Shown here in pieces: positions 17,726 to 30,120 of a stretch of DNA of 64,000 nucleotides. A program made the translations under genes and the position numbers. Numbering within the stretch: the first letter of the stretch is position 1; the number at the start of each line of letters is the position of its first letter. The stretch is from NCBI GenBank assembly GCA_963728205.1, contig CAVSIV010000002.1, forward strand, positions 37,733 to 101,732, written 5' to 3'. Origin of the DNA: an uncultured Chloroflexia bacterium. Its GTDB lineage: Bacteria; Chloroflexota; Dehalococcoidia; UBA2979. The notes under the pieces were generated by a model. That model was given only the letters and a program-made list of their open reading frames with translations, had not been told where the DNA came from and ran no database searches.

Positions 17726-17953
17726 CTACTCGATGCTGAGCGAGGCGCGCACGCCGGCCCGCACCGAGGCCACGTGCAGCAGCGACCGGATCGCGTTCGC
17801 GCAGCGGCCGTCGCGGCCGATGATGCGGCCCTTGTCCTCGTCGTTCACGTAGAGGTGGAGAACGATGCGGTCGCCGTCGTGCTCCTCCTCGACCACCACC
17901 TCGTCGGGATGGTCGGCGAGCGCGCGGGCGAGGTATTCGATCAGTGCCTTCAC
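17726..17953 (-). CDS. KH-domain RNA-binding protein (YlqC/UPF0109 family)
   Basis: Track ORF, 75 aa. ...DKGRIIGRDGRCANAIRSLL... (GxxG KH motif). Conserved position between rpsP and rimM. Confidence 0.88.
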   Translation of the reverse strand: MKALIEYLARALADHPDEVVVEEEHDGDRIVLHLYVNDEDKGRIIGRDGRCANAIRSLLHVASVRAGVRASLSIE

Positions 17954-17995
17954 GGGAGCTCCTGGCGACGGCGAGGGTGCGCTGGTGGGAACGGG

Positions 17996-18436
17996 CTACT
18001 CGCTGGCGGCGGCGTCCTCGGACGCGGTCGACTCCGCGGCGGCGGCGTCGGCGGCGGCCTTCGCGGCGGCGTCGGCCTCAGCCTTCGCGGCCGCCGCGGC
18101 CTCGGCCTCGGCCTTGGCCTGCGCCGCGGCGCGCTCGGCCTCTGCCTTCGCGACCTCGGCCTTCGACGGCTTCGTCGGGCGCTTCGGCGGCTCGACGGTC
18201 GTGATGCCCTGCTTGAAGAGCAAGCGGTGCACCGTTTCCGACGGCTGCGCGCCGACTGCGAGCCAGTGCTTCACGCGGTCCTCTTTGAGGACGACGGTCT
18301 GGGGTTCGCTGCGCGGGTTGTAGTGCCCCACGATCTCGACGAACGCGCCGTCGCGCGGGGCGTCCTGGTCGGCCACCACCACGCGGTACGAGGCCTGCTT
18401 CTTCTTGCCGGTGCGGCGCAGTCGGATCCTGAGCAA
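17996..18436 (-). CDS. rpsP: 30S ribosomal protein S16 with an Ala/Glu/Lys-rich C-terminal extension
   Basis: Track ORF, 146 aa. TTG start with GGAGG upstream. MLRIRLRRTGKKKQASYRVVVAD...HYNP...VKHWLAVGAQPS. The last ~65 aa are low complexity (AKAEAEAAAAAKAEADAAAKAAADAAAAE). Confidence 0.93.
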   Translation of the reverse strand: MLRIRLRRTGKKKQASYRVVVADQDAPRDGAFVEIVGHYNPRSEPQTVVLKEDRVKHWLAVGAQPSETVHRLLFKQGITTVEPPKRPTKPSKAEVAKAEAERAAAQAKAEAEAAAAAKAEADAAAKAAADAAAAESTASEDAAASE

Positions 18437-18519
18437 ACCAACCTCCGAGGTCGGAACCGCCGGGCGATTCCCGTGATTGTCGCGTTGCGATTGCGGTGCG
18501 GTCGCCGGGTTGTGGTCGC

Positions 18520-19854
18520 TTACATCCCGAGCATACGCATGAGACCACCGGCGCCTTTGCCGGTGGCCATCGCCTGCATCAGTTTCTTCGCATCCTTGAA
18601 CTGGTTCAAGAGGCGGTTGACGTCGGCCGGCGTGGTGCCTGAGCCTTTCGCGATCCGCCGCCGCCGCGAACCGTTCAGCACGTCCGGGTTGTGGCGCTCC
18701 TGCGGCGTCATCGACGAGATGATCGCCTCCGCCTGCTTGAAGTACGAGCCGTCGAGGTCGACGCCCGTGAGCTGCTTCGCCATGTTCCCGCCGCCGGGCA
18801 GCATGTCGAGCAGCCCGGAGAGCGGCCCCATCTGCTTCATCTGCTGCATCTGCTGGAGGAAATCCTCCAGGTCGAACTGCCCCGAGCGCATGCGCTTCGC
18901 GACGTCCTTCACGTCGCGGTCGCCCATCGTCTCGCGCGCCTTCTCGACGAGGGACACGACGTCGCCCATGCCGAGCACGCGCGACGCGAAGCGGTCCGGG
19001 TGGAAGTCCTCGAGCGCCTCGAGGCGCTCGCCGGTCGTGATGAACTTGATCGGCAGGCCGGTGACCTCGCGCACGGAGAGCACGGCGCCGCCGCGCGTAT
19101 CGGAGTCCACCTTCGTGACGACGACGCCCGTGCCCTCGATCGCCTCGTCGAAGTCGCGCGCGAGCGTCACGGCCTCCTGGCCGGTCATCGCGTCGACCAC
19201 GATCAGGATCTCGGTGGGGTCGACCTCGTCGGCGAGCTCCGCGAGCTCGTCCGCCAGCGCGTCGTCGAGCGCGACCGCGCCGCGCGTGTCGATGACGACG
19301 GCGTTCGCGCCGGTGCGCGCCGCCTCCTTCATCGCGCGCTTCGCGACGTCGATGGCGGGCGCCGCCTTCTGCTCGACCCAGACGGGGACGTCGATCTGCT
19401 CGCCGAGGACCTGCAGCTGCTCGCTTGCGGCCACGCGCTCGAAGTCGGTGGCGACGAGCAGCGGCTGGCGGCCCTCCTTCTTGAACTTGAGGGCGAGGCG
19501 GCCGGCGAGCGTCGTCTTCCCGGAGCCCTTGGCGCCGACGACCATCACGACCGTCGGCCCCTCCTTCGCGTACATCAGCGGCTCGTGATTGCCGCCGAGC
19601 ACCTCGACGAGCTGCTCGTTGACGATCGAGATCACCTGCTGGCCGGGCGTGATCGACTGCAGCACCTCCTGGCCGAGCGCCCGCTCGCGGACGCGCGCGA
19701 TGAAGTCGCGCACGACCTTGAAGTTGACGTCGGCCTCGAGGAGCGCGATGCGCACCTCGCGGAGGGCCTCGTCGAGGTCCTTCTCGGAGATCTTCCCCGA
19801 GGACCCGAGGCGCCGGAAGGTTTGCTGGAGGCGGTCGGAGAGTGAGTCGAGCAT
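18520..19854 (-). CDS. ffh: signal recognition particle protein Ffh
   Basis: Track ORF, 444 aa. NG domain with GAKGSGKTT P-loop. Met-rich M domain (LQQMQQMKQMGPLSGLLDMLPGGG). Confidence 0.96.
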   Translation of the reverse strand: MLDSLSDRLQQTFRRLGSSGKISEKDLDEALREVRIALLEADVNFKVVRDFIARVRERALGQEVLQSITPGQQVISIVNEQLVEVLGGNHEPLMYAKEGPTVVMVVGAKGSGKTTLAGRLALKFKKEGRQPLLVATDFERVAASEQLQVLGEQIDVPVWVEQKAAPAIDVAKRAMKEAARTGANAVVIDTRGAVALDDALADELAELADEVDPTEILIVVDAMTGQEAVTLARDFDEAIEGTGVVVTKVDSDTRGGAVLSVREVTGLPIKFITTGERLEALEDFHPDRFASRVLGMGDVVSLVEKARETMGDRDVKDVAKRMRSGQFDLEDFLQQMQQMKQMGPLSGLLDMLPGGGNMAKQLTGVDLDGSYFKQAEAIISSMTPQERHNPDVLNGSRRRRIAKGSGTTPADVNRLLNQFKDAKKLMQAMATGKGAGGLMRMLGM

Positions 19855-20025
19855 TGAGCGATCAGTGTACCGGGACGCCCCCGGCGACGGCGAGCGGCGG
19901 ACCGATCACCCGCTGCGTTCGCGGCCCAGTGGCGCGCACACGAACCGCCGTTCTGCCTTCCGGCGGCCGCGCACGCCGGGTGTAGCCTGATGCGACCATC
20001 CGCCGCTCCCGTCGTTGGAGGTGCC

Positions 20026-20718
20026 ATGCCCCAGTCCGACGTCGCACGTGTGAAGCAAGAGATCATCGACGCCGCCGAGGCCCTGCTCGAGTCGGGCGTC
20101 ATGCAGATCAGCCGGCACGGGAACGCCAGCGCGCGCCTGCCCGGGACCGACCGCTTCCTCCTCACCGCCGGCGGCTCGATCGCCGCGCTGCGGCCCGAGG
20201 ACATCGCGCTGTTCGCGCTCGACGGCACGCTGCTCGAGGGCGCGGCCGAGCCGACCGGCGCGGAGATCGTCGACATGCACGCGGCCGTCTACCGGCTGCG
20301 CGCGGACGCGGGCGGCGTGGTGCACACGCACTCGCCCGCGGCGACGAGCTACGCCGTCGCCGGTCGGCCGATTCCGCTGATTTACGAGGCGATGGCGCGC
20401 TTCGACATGACGGACGGCGTCCCGGTCGCCGCCTACGGCCCGCGTGGCTCACGCGAGTCCGTCGAGCAGATCGAGGCGGCGATCCGCGCGCATCGCGACA
20501 TCGGCGGCGTGCTGCTCGCGAACCACGGCGTGCTCGCGTTCGCCGGCAGCGCCGGCGGCGCCGCGCGCGCGAACATGGTGATCGAGGAGGCCGCGATCCT
20601 CGGCCTGCAGGCAGCTGCCCTCGGCGGCGCGCAGCCGATCCCGGCGGAGATGGTGGGCGCGACGCGCGCCCGGCGCGACGAGTACGCCGCCGCGGGGACG
20701 CGAACGGCCGGCGCCTAG
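20026..20718 (+). CDS. class II aldolase/adducin-domain protein
   Basis: Track ORF 19990..20718 trimmed to ATG 20026 (GGAGG upstream). ...GNASARL...VVHTHSPAATSYA...LLANHGVLAFA... Confidence 0.8.
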   Translation: MPQSDVARVKQEIIDAAEALLESGVMQISRHGNASARLPGTDRFLLTAGGSIAALRPEDIALFALDGTLLEGAAEPTGAEIVDMHAAVYRLRADAGGVVHTHSPAATSYAVAGRPIPLIYEAMARFDMTDGVPVAAYGPRGSRESVEQIEAAIRAHRDIGGVLLANHGVLAFAGSAGGAARANMVIEEAAILGLQAAALGGAQPIPAEMVGATRARRDEYAAAGTRTAGA

Positions 20719-20766
20719 GCAGGGGCGAGCGGCGGGCAGCCGCCCGCCGCTCGCCGGTCGGAGCAC

Positions 20767-21522
20767 CTACGTCGCGCGCGCCGCGAGCTCGGTCACGCGC
20801 CGCACCACGCGCGCCGGGGCGGCGGCGCCGCCCGGCAGGCCGCCGCCGGCGACGTCGACCCACACCGCCTGCATCCCCACGCGCATCGGCGCCGCGACGT
20901 CCCACTCGAGGTTGTCGCCGACGAACGTCGCCCGCTCTGCCGGCACGCCCAGCGCGGCGAGCGCGGCGTGGTAGACGGGCTCCTCCGGCTTCCCGGCGCC
21001 GAACTCGCCCTCGATCTGGATGTGGTCGAAGTGCCGCTCGAGGTCGAACCGCTCGAGCTTCGCCCGCTGGTCCGACTGCGTGCCGTTCGTCACGAGCGCC
21101 AGCGGGGTGCCCGCCGCCCGCAGCGCCGCGAGCAGATCGGTCGCGCCGTCCACGAGCGCGAGTCCGCCATCGCGGAGGTCGCGGTAGTGGTCGGCCACCG
21201 CGCGCGGGAGCGCCGCCGGCGCCGCCACGCCCAGGCGCTCGAGCGACGTGCGCACGATCCCGGCGCTCGCGGCGCGCAGGTCGCGCCGCCCTTCGCGGTG
21301 CCGCACCGGGTCGCCCCAGTACCAGTCCGCGACGGTCCGGATCGTCTCGCGCAGCCGCAGCGGGTCGAGGCCGGACACACGTTCGGCGGCCGCGCGGCAT
21401 GCCTCCTGCCACGCCCACTCCTGGTTGCCGGTGAAGTCGATGATGGTGTCGTCCAGATCGAACAGCACCGCGCGGCCGTGCAGACACGGGTCGAGCGCCA
21501 GGATGCCCGTCGTCGTCCTCAC
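20767..21522 (-). CDS. HAD-superfamily hydrolase (subfamily IA)
   Basis: C-terminal 251 codons of shadow ORF 20767..22515. GTG 21522 overlaps the MFS stop (GTGA). Motif I VLFDLDDTIID, motif II LVTNG, motif IV FVGDNLEWD. Confidence 0.82.
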   Translation of the reverse strand: MRTTTGILALDPCLHGRAVLFDLDDTIIDFTGNQEWAWQEACRAAAERVSGLDPLRLRETIRTVADWYWGDPVRHREGRRDLRAASAGIVRTSLERLGVAAPAALPRAVADHYRDLRDGGLALVDGATDLLAALRAAGTPLALVTNGTQSDQRAKLERFDLERHFDHIQIEGEFGAGKPEEPVYHAALAALGVPAERATFVGDNLEWDVAAPMRVGMQAVWVDVAGGGLPGGAAAPARVVRRVTELAARAT

Positions 21523-23080
21523 TCGCCGTCGCCTCCGCCGCTCGCGTCCCCGCCGCGCAGCGCCGTCCCGGCCCCGCCGCCCGCGCGCGCACGGACCACG
21601 ATCTCGACCGCCGCCTGCTGCGGCCCACGCAGCAACGACAGCACCATGCCGGCGAGCGCGAACGGGATCGCGAGCAGCGCCGCGGCGTGCAATCCGGCGA
21701 TGAACGCGTCCTGGAACGCCGCGAGCTGCGCGGGCTGCCCGGCGACCGCCGCCAGCTGCTCCGGCGACGGCAGCCCGCCGAGGTGGAACCCCGACGCCAC
21801 CGCGAACAGCGCGAACGCCGTCCCGCTGAACGCGATGCCCAGGCTCTGCCCCACGTACCGCGACATCCCCAGCAGCCCCGATGCGATGCCGCGCCGGTGC
21901 GTCGGCGCCGCGGTCATCACCGCGTTGTTGTTCGGCGCGGTGAACGTCCCGAGGCCGAGGCCGAGCAGGAACAGGCGGATCAGCACGTTCCACAGCGGCA
22001 TGGCCGCCGTGATGCCCCCGATCAGCCACAGCGCGAACGCCACGAGCGCGAGGCCGCTCGTCGCGATCCAGCGCGCGCCGACGACGTCCGAGAACCGCCC
22101 GGCGGTCGGCGCGCTCAGCGCGATCGCGAACGGCAGCGGCAGCATCACGATGCCGGCGCGCTCGGCGGAGAAGCCGCGCAGCGCCTGCCAGTAGAAGGGG
22201 AAGAGCAGCGTCGCGGTCGACAGCGCGAGCGTGGCGAAGACGCCGGCGGCCTGGCCGGCCGCGAACTCGCGGATCTTGAACAGCGTGAGGTCGACGAGCG
22301 GGTAGCGCGTGTGTGCCTCGTGCCAGACGAAGAGCGTCGAGACGACGAGGCCGACCGCGATCATGCCGAGCGTGGCGGGCGAGTCCCAGCCCCAGTCCGG
22401 CGACTTCGTGATCCCGAGGAGCAGCGGACCGAGACCTCCGAGCAGCAGCCCCGTCCCCGTCCAGTCGATCGGCTCGAGCGTCCGGTGCGACTGCAGTGGC
22501 GGCAGGATCACCCACGCGAACGCCGCCGACGCGATCCCGACCGGCACGTTCACGAGGAACACCGCCTGCCAGCCGAAGTGCGTGACGAGGAAGCCGCCCC
22601 GAGCGTCGGCCCCACCGCGGCGCCGCCGCTGATCAGGATCGACTGCAGCCCCATCGCGGTGCCGCGCTGACCGGCGGGGAAGGTGTCGGTGATGATCGCG
22701 AGCGTGTTCGCGGTGATCAGCGCTCCGCCGACGGCCTGGATCAGGCGCGCCCCGATCAGCCAGAGCACGACCTGCGAGAACGACGCGAGCAGGCTCGCCG
22801 ACGCGAAGATCACGATACCGATGATGAAGAGCCGCTTGCGCCCCAGCACGTCGCTGATGCGTCCGAAGAACGGCACGAGCCCCGTGAGCGCGAGCGTGTA
22901 GGCGATCAGCGTCCACTCGACCTCGGCGAGCGAGGCGTGGAACGCGCCGGCGATCGTCGGCAGCGCGATGTTCAGGATGGAGATGTCGATCACGACCATG
23001 AACAGGCCGAGTGCGACCGAGAGCAGCACGAGCCAGGGGTGCTCGGCGCGCTGGTACGGTTCCGCCGTGGGGTCCTGCAT
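21519..23080 (-). pseudogene. DHA2-type (EmrB/QacA-like) MFS transporter interrupted by a frameshift near 22594-22603
   Basis: N-terminal part is track ORF 22550..23080 (...GRISDVLGRKR...ILISGGAAVGPTLG). The rest is in track ORF 21519..22916 from ...GFLVTHFGWQAVFLVNVPVG onward. The junction GPTLG|GFLVTHFGW is restored by adding one base at the CCCC run 22597-22600. Confidence 0.8.
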
Positions 23081-23168
23081 GGGCGTCCGAGTCTACTCGC
23101 GACGCCGAGTCAGTTCACCGGCGCGCGGCGGCCTTCAGGCACGCCGCGCGCAGTGGCTGCTCGACGCG

Positions 23169-23254
23169 CCACAGCGGCGGCAGACATGCCGCCGACAATG
23201 CCGCGGCCAGCGGGCTGCGACCCCGCGTCGGCGGCATGTCTGCCGCCGCCGTGG
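23169..23254. repeat. REP-like palindromic element, copy 1
   Basis: Arms CAGCGGCGGCAGACATGCCGCCGAC (23172-23196) and GTCGGCGGCATGTCTGCCGCCGCCG (23228-23252), with 23/25 complementary. Each arm contains the mini-hairpin GGCGGCA-loop-TGCCGCC. Intergenic between the MFS start and the gap stop. Confidence 0.8.
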
Positions 23255-23267
23255 CGTCGCCGGCCGC

Positions 23268-24281
23268 CTACGCCAGGCCGCGTTCTGCGATCAGCGCGCA
23301 CACGTCGGTGAGGCGGCAGGAGTAGCCCCACTCGTTGTCGTACCACGCCATCGTCTTCGCCATGTTGCCGTCGAGCACCATCGTCGACGGCGCGTCGTGG
23401 ATGGACGAGGCCGGGTGACCCTTGAAGTCCATCGACACAAGCTCCTCGCGCTCGTAGTGCAGGTAGCCCTTCAGCGGACCCTCGGCGGCGCTCAGGTACG
23501 CCTCGTTGATCTCGCCGATGGTCGGCGAGTCGCGCAGGTCCGAGACGAGGTCGACCACCGACACCGTCGGCGTCGGGACGCGGTAGGCCAGGCCGTCGAA
23601 CTTGCCGGCGAGCTCCGGGATGATCGCGCCCACCGCGTCCGAGGCGCCCGACGACGTCGGCACGATGTTCAGCGCGGCGGCGCGCGCCCGGCGCAGGTCC
23701 TTGTGCGAGTTGTCGACCAGGTTCTGGTCGCCCGTGTACGAGTGGATCGTCGTCATGAAGGCGCGCTCGATGCCGAACGCGTCGTGCAGCACCTTCACGG
23801 CCAGCACCACGCAGTTCGTCGTGCACGAGCCGGCCGAGATCACCTGGTGTGCCGACGGGTCGTACTCGCCGTGGTTCACGCCCATGATCACGGTCCAGTC
23901 GACGCCCTTGCCCGGCGCCGAGATCAGGACCTTCTTCACGCCGTCGTGCAGGTGCGCCCCGGCACCCTTGCGGTCGCGGAACTTGCCGGTCGACTCGATC
24001 ACGAGGTCGACGCCGACCTTGCCCCACGGGATCTCGGCGGGGTCGTCGGCGTTGAGGACCGCGACCTCGTGGCCGTCGACGCTGAAGCAGTCCGTGCCGT
24101 CGACGATCTTCGCGGGGAACGGACCGTAGTCGGAGTCATGGCGCAGCAGGTGGGTGCGGACCGAGACCGGGCCGCGGTTGATGGCGACGATCTCGAAGTC
24201 GTCGCGATGGCGTTCCCACCAGGCGCGGAAGGCCTGCCGGCCGGTGCGGCCGAACCCGTTGATCCCGACACGCAGCGTCAT
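23268..24281 (-). CDS. gap: glyceraldehyde-3-phosphate dehydrogenase (type I)
   Basis: Track ORF, 337 aa. GINGFGRTGR, SCTTNC active site, WYDNEWGYS. Confidence 0.96.
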   Translation of the reverse strand: MTLRVGINGFGRTGRQAFRAWWERHRDDFEIVAINRGPVSVRTHLLRHDSDYGPFPAKIVDGTDCFSVDGHEVAVLNADDPAEIPWGKVGVDLVIESTGKFRDRKGAGAHLHDGVKKVLISAPGKGVDWTVIMGVNHGEYDPSAHQVISAGSCTTNCVVLAVKVLHDAFGIERAFMTTIHSYTGDQNLVDNSHKDLRRARAAALNIVPTSSGASDAVGAIIPELAGKFDGLAYRVPTPTVSVVDLVSDLRDSPTIGEINEAYLSAAEGPLKGYLHYEREELVSMDFKGHPASSIHDAPSTMVLDGNMAKTMAWYDNEWGYSCRLTDVCALIAERGLA

Positions 24282-24386
24282 CGTCTCACCCCCTGCGTCC
24301 CTGCCCCTCGGTGAGCAGATTCTAGGGCAGCCTCGCGAGTTGCCTCTATCGGACGTGTTACGCGTGGACCGCGGGTGGAGCGTCGG

Positions 24387-25317
24387 CTACAGCAGCAGGC
24401 GCTTCGGTGCGTCGGCGGACTGGCGCCGGAACTCGACGACCAGGTGCCGCCGCCGCCCGTCGCCGTCGGCCACCTCCTCGACGCGGCAGCGCTCCGGCGC
24501 GGCGAGCAGCCGGTCGACCGCGTCGGCGTGCGCGACCACGCGCTCGCGCAGCTCCGCCGGCGCCGGGAACTGTTGCGGCAGGTGCATCGCCGTGTGCAGC
24601 TGCGTGACGCCGACGCGCAGCGTCCAGCCGAGCAGCAGCTGCGCCCAGCCGAGGTGGAACGCCTGGTCGGCGAAGACGAGCGGGTAGCGCTCGTGGTTGC
24701 CCTCGGCGGCGGCGAACAGCGCCGTCGGGCCGAAGTTCGGGCGCGAGAGGTCGCTCACCGCGCGGTAGATCAGCGCGCAGGTGCTCGTCGCCGGCGATCG
24801 CCTCGCCGCCGAAGTAGTGGCCGACGCCGATCTCGATCGCGCGGTTCGCTTCGTCGCGGCCGTATGCCTCGTGCGTCCAGCGGCGCCAGGCGTCGAGCTC
24901 ATGCCCGAGGTTCATCTGCGCGCCGACGAACTCGACCGCCTGCCGCACCAGCGCGACCGCGGCCTGGTAGCCGCCCCGGCGGGCCAGCCCGACCGCGTCG
25001 GACGAGCTGAGGAAGGCGCGACTCCAGAGGCTGGCGAAGCCGGCCATGATCATCGTGCGAGCGGACGGCGTGTAGCCGGTCTTCGCCAGCGCGGCCTGCA
25101 GCTCGAGGTTCTCCGCGATCAGCCGCAGGTCGTCGGCGAGCAGGAAGCCGGTCTGCCGCCATGCATCCTCGGCGGCGGGGTCGAGGTCCGCGGGCTTGCC
25201 GGGCAGCCGCCAGCCGTCGGGGACGCGCATGCCGGACACGCGCTGTGGCGGGTTCGCGATCGGCAGGTCGCCGTGTCCGTCGCCGTTCGGAGTGGGGGCG
25301 CCAGGAGGAGTGGTCAT
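24387..25317 (-). pseudogene. unknown-function gene (about 310 codons) with an apparent +1 frameshift near 24776-24786
   Basis: N-terminal 177 aa come from track ORF 24358..25317 (to ...HYFGGEAIAGDEH). The protein-like continuation CALIYRAVSDLSRPNFGPTALFAAAEGNHERYPLVF... is in track ORF 24387..24902. The total span of 931 nt equals 3n+1. No family recognised. Confidence 0.6.
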
Positions 25318-25407
25318 GCGGCAAGTCTAGGCGCGCGGTGGGCTTCAGGCCCGCCGTGGACCAGAGCACCTCCCCGGGTGAGCCGCGCCGTCGTGAGGCT
25401 CCGGTCA

Positions 25408-25484
25408 AAGCGGCGGCAGCCATGCCGCCGCCAGATCGCGGCCTCGGGGGCCGCCCGGCCTCGGCGGCGTCTCTGCACCCGCTT
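25408..25484. repeat. REP-like palindromic element, copy 2 (degenerate)
   Basis: Left arm AAGCGGCGGCAGCCATGCCGCCGCCAG (core 25412-25429). The right arm CTCGGCGGCGTCTCTGCACCCGCTT is decayed. Confidence 0.55.
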
Positions 25485-25503
25485 GCGCCCCGGCGGCGCG
25501 CGC

Positions 25504-27962
<2,459 letters not shown>

Positions 27963-28194
27963 TCCGAGCCCCCTGTCTTCCCTCTACCTTCCCTGGCGGT
28001 GTGGATAGCGGGCAGCGGGCCCGAAGCGTGCGGCGGAGTATACACCCGGGATCCGGGGCGGCCATCGGCCTATCGGGCCGTCGGCGCCGGCGGGAATCGC
28101 CGGTCGCGCGCGGGCGAGGAAGAGGTATAGCCGCGGGGCCGTGCTGTGTCCATCCACGGTCGCCGGCCGGGAGCGCGCTTACGGTGCACCCGGG

Positions 28195-30057
28195 TCAGAT
28201 CGACCGCTTCACCGTCTCCGCCAGCCGGCGCGTGAAGCCGACCGTCGTCGCGATGTCGTCGATGCTCGCCTCGCGCACCCCCTTCAGCGATCCGTACTTG
28301 CGCAGCAGCGCGCGCTTTCGCTTCGGGCCGATGCCGGGGATCGTGTCGAGCACCGACTGCGTCGCGCTCTTGCCGCGCAGCTTCCGGTGGTACGTGATCG
28401 CGAAGCGGTGTGCCTCGTCGCGGATGCGCTGCAGCAGGTAGAGCGCCTCCGAGTCGCGCGGCAGCACGATCGGATCGAAGACGTCGGCGACGAAGACCTC
28501 CTCCTCGCGCTTCGCGAGGCCGCATACCGGCACGTCGCGCAGGCCGAGGTCGCGCATCACGTCGAGCGCGGCGCCGAGCTGTCCCTTGCCGCCGTCGATC
28601 ACGACGAGCCCCGGGACGACGTCCCACGGCGACGGCTCGAGGCCGTCGTCGCGCGGCTCCTCGCTCAGCTCGCGCCGCCGCCGCTCGCCGATCGCCTTGA
28701 ATCGGCGCTGCAGCACCTCGCGCATCGACGCGAAGTCGTCCTGGCCCTCGACCGTCTTGATGCGGAAGCGCCGGTACTGCGACGTCGCGGGGCGGCCGTC
28801 CTCGAAGACGACCATCGAGGCGACGGTATTCGTGCCCTGGATCGTCGAGATGTCGTAGCACTCGATGCGTTGCGGCGGCTGCGGGAGATCGAGTTCCTCC
28901 TGCAGCGTGGCGAGCGCGCTCTCGGTCTTGTCGCGGTCGGCGATCCAGCGCACGTGGTGGGAGACCAGCGCCTGTCGCGCGTTCTCCTCGGCCGTGGCGA
29001 CCAGCGCGCGGCGCTCGCCGCGCACCGGCATCGCCACCTCGACTGCGCCGCGGCGCCGCTCGCGCAGCATCTGCTCGAGGTCGTCGCGGTCGGCCGGCTC
29101 GGCGGACAGCAGCACCGTGCGCGGCACGTAGGTCGCGCCCTCGTAGAACTGGCCGAGGAACGCGCCGAGCACGTCGGCGTCGCTCGCGTCCTGCGTGCCC
29201 TCGACGAGGAACCAGTCGGTGTCGGCGACGACGGTGCCGCGCACGAAGAAGACCTGCACGCAGGCCTCGTCGTCCTGGCGCGCCAGCGCGAAGACGTCGG
29301 CGTCGAGCGGCGTGGTGGTCGCCATCTGCTGGCGCTCGGTGACGGTCCGGATCGCGTGCGCCTGGTCGCGCAAGCGTGCGGCGCGCTCGTACTCGAGGCG
29401 CTCGGCCGCGACGTCCATCTCCGCGAGGACGTGCTTCAGCACCTCGTCGGAGCGGCCCTGGAGGAAGAGGATCGTCTGGTGGATGACCTCGTCGTACTCC
29501 TCCTTCGTGCAGAAGGCCGTGCACGGCGCGATGCAGCGCTTGATGTAGTAGTCGAGGCACGGGCGCGGGTCGGTGCCGGTGATCTCCTTCGTGCACGAGC
29601 GCCACGGGAAGAGCTTCTTCACGACGTCGAGCGTGCGCCGGACGGATCCGGCCGACGCGTAGGGGCCGAAGTAGCGCGCGCCGTCGTCCTCCACGCGGCG
29701 CGTGATCGTGACGCGCGGCCACGGGTTCTGGACGTCGATCTTCAGGTACGGGTAGTGCTTGTCGTCCTTCAGCCGGACGTTGTGCACGGGCTGGTGGCGC
29801 TTCACCAGCGTGGCCTCGAGGTGGAATGCCTCGGCCTCGGTATTGGTGACGACGTGATCGATCGTGCGCACCTGGTCGGCGAGCGCGCGCACCTTCGGCT
29901 CCATCGAGCGTGAGGAGCCGAAGTAGGAGCGGACGCGGTCACGCAGCCGGCGCGCCTTGCCGATGTAGATCACGTCGCCGCTGGCGTCTCGCATGATGTA
30001 GACGCCGGGCGTCTCGGGGAGCGCGCGGACCTGGTGCAGGACGGAGGGGTCGGTCAC
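28195..30057 (-). CDS. uvrC: excinuclease ABC subunit C
   Basis: Track ORF 28195..30123 trimmed to GTG 30057 (VTDPSVLHQVRALPETPGVYIMRDASGDVIYIGKA, GIY-YIG). UVR domain, endonuclease domain and C-terminal (HhH)2 (...IPGIGPKRKRALL...). Confidence 0.95.
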   Translation of the reverse strand: MTDPSVLHQVRALPETPGVYIMRDASGDVIYIGKARRLRDRVRSYFGSSRSMEPKVRALADQVRTIDHVVTNTEAEAFHLEATLVKRHQPVHNVRLKDDKHYPYLKIDVQNPWPRVTITRRVEDDGARYFGPYASAGSVRRTLDVVKKLFPWRSCTKEITGTDPRPCLDYYIKRCIAPCTAFCTKEEYDEVIHQTILFLQGRSDEVLKHVLAEMDVAAERLEYERAARLRDQAHAIRTVTERQQMATTTPLDADVFALARQDDEACVQVFFVRGTVVADTDWFLVEGTQDASDADVLGAFLGQFYEGATYVPRTVLLSAEPADRDDLEQMLRERRRGAVEVAMPVRGERRALVATAEENARQALVSHHVRWIADRDKTESALATLQEELDLPQPPQRIECYDISTIQGTNTVASMVVFEDGRPATSQYRRFRIKTVEGQDDFASMREVLQRRFKAIGERRRRELSEEPRDDGLEPSPWDVVPGLVVIDGGKGQLGAALDVMRDLGLRDVPVCGLAKREEEVFVADVFDPIVLPRDSEALYLLQRIRDEAHRFAITYHRKLRGKSATQSVLDTIPGIGPKRKRALLRKYGSLKGVREASIDDIATTVGFTRRLAETVKRSI

Positions 30058-30120
30058 GCCACCATCGTAACGCGGAGAGCCGGGAGGACGGTTCGTGCCG
30101 CCCGTGGCGTTGGCGGCGCA

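Noticed and set aside
17996-18200. The Ala/Glu/Lys-rich tail of S16 as a separate gene or a repeat expansion of interest.
   Set aside because: It is continuous in frame with rpsP, and low-complexity C-terminal extensions of S16 are common in Actinobacteria.
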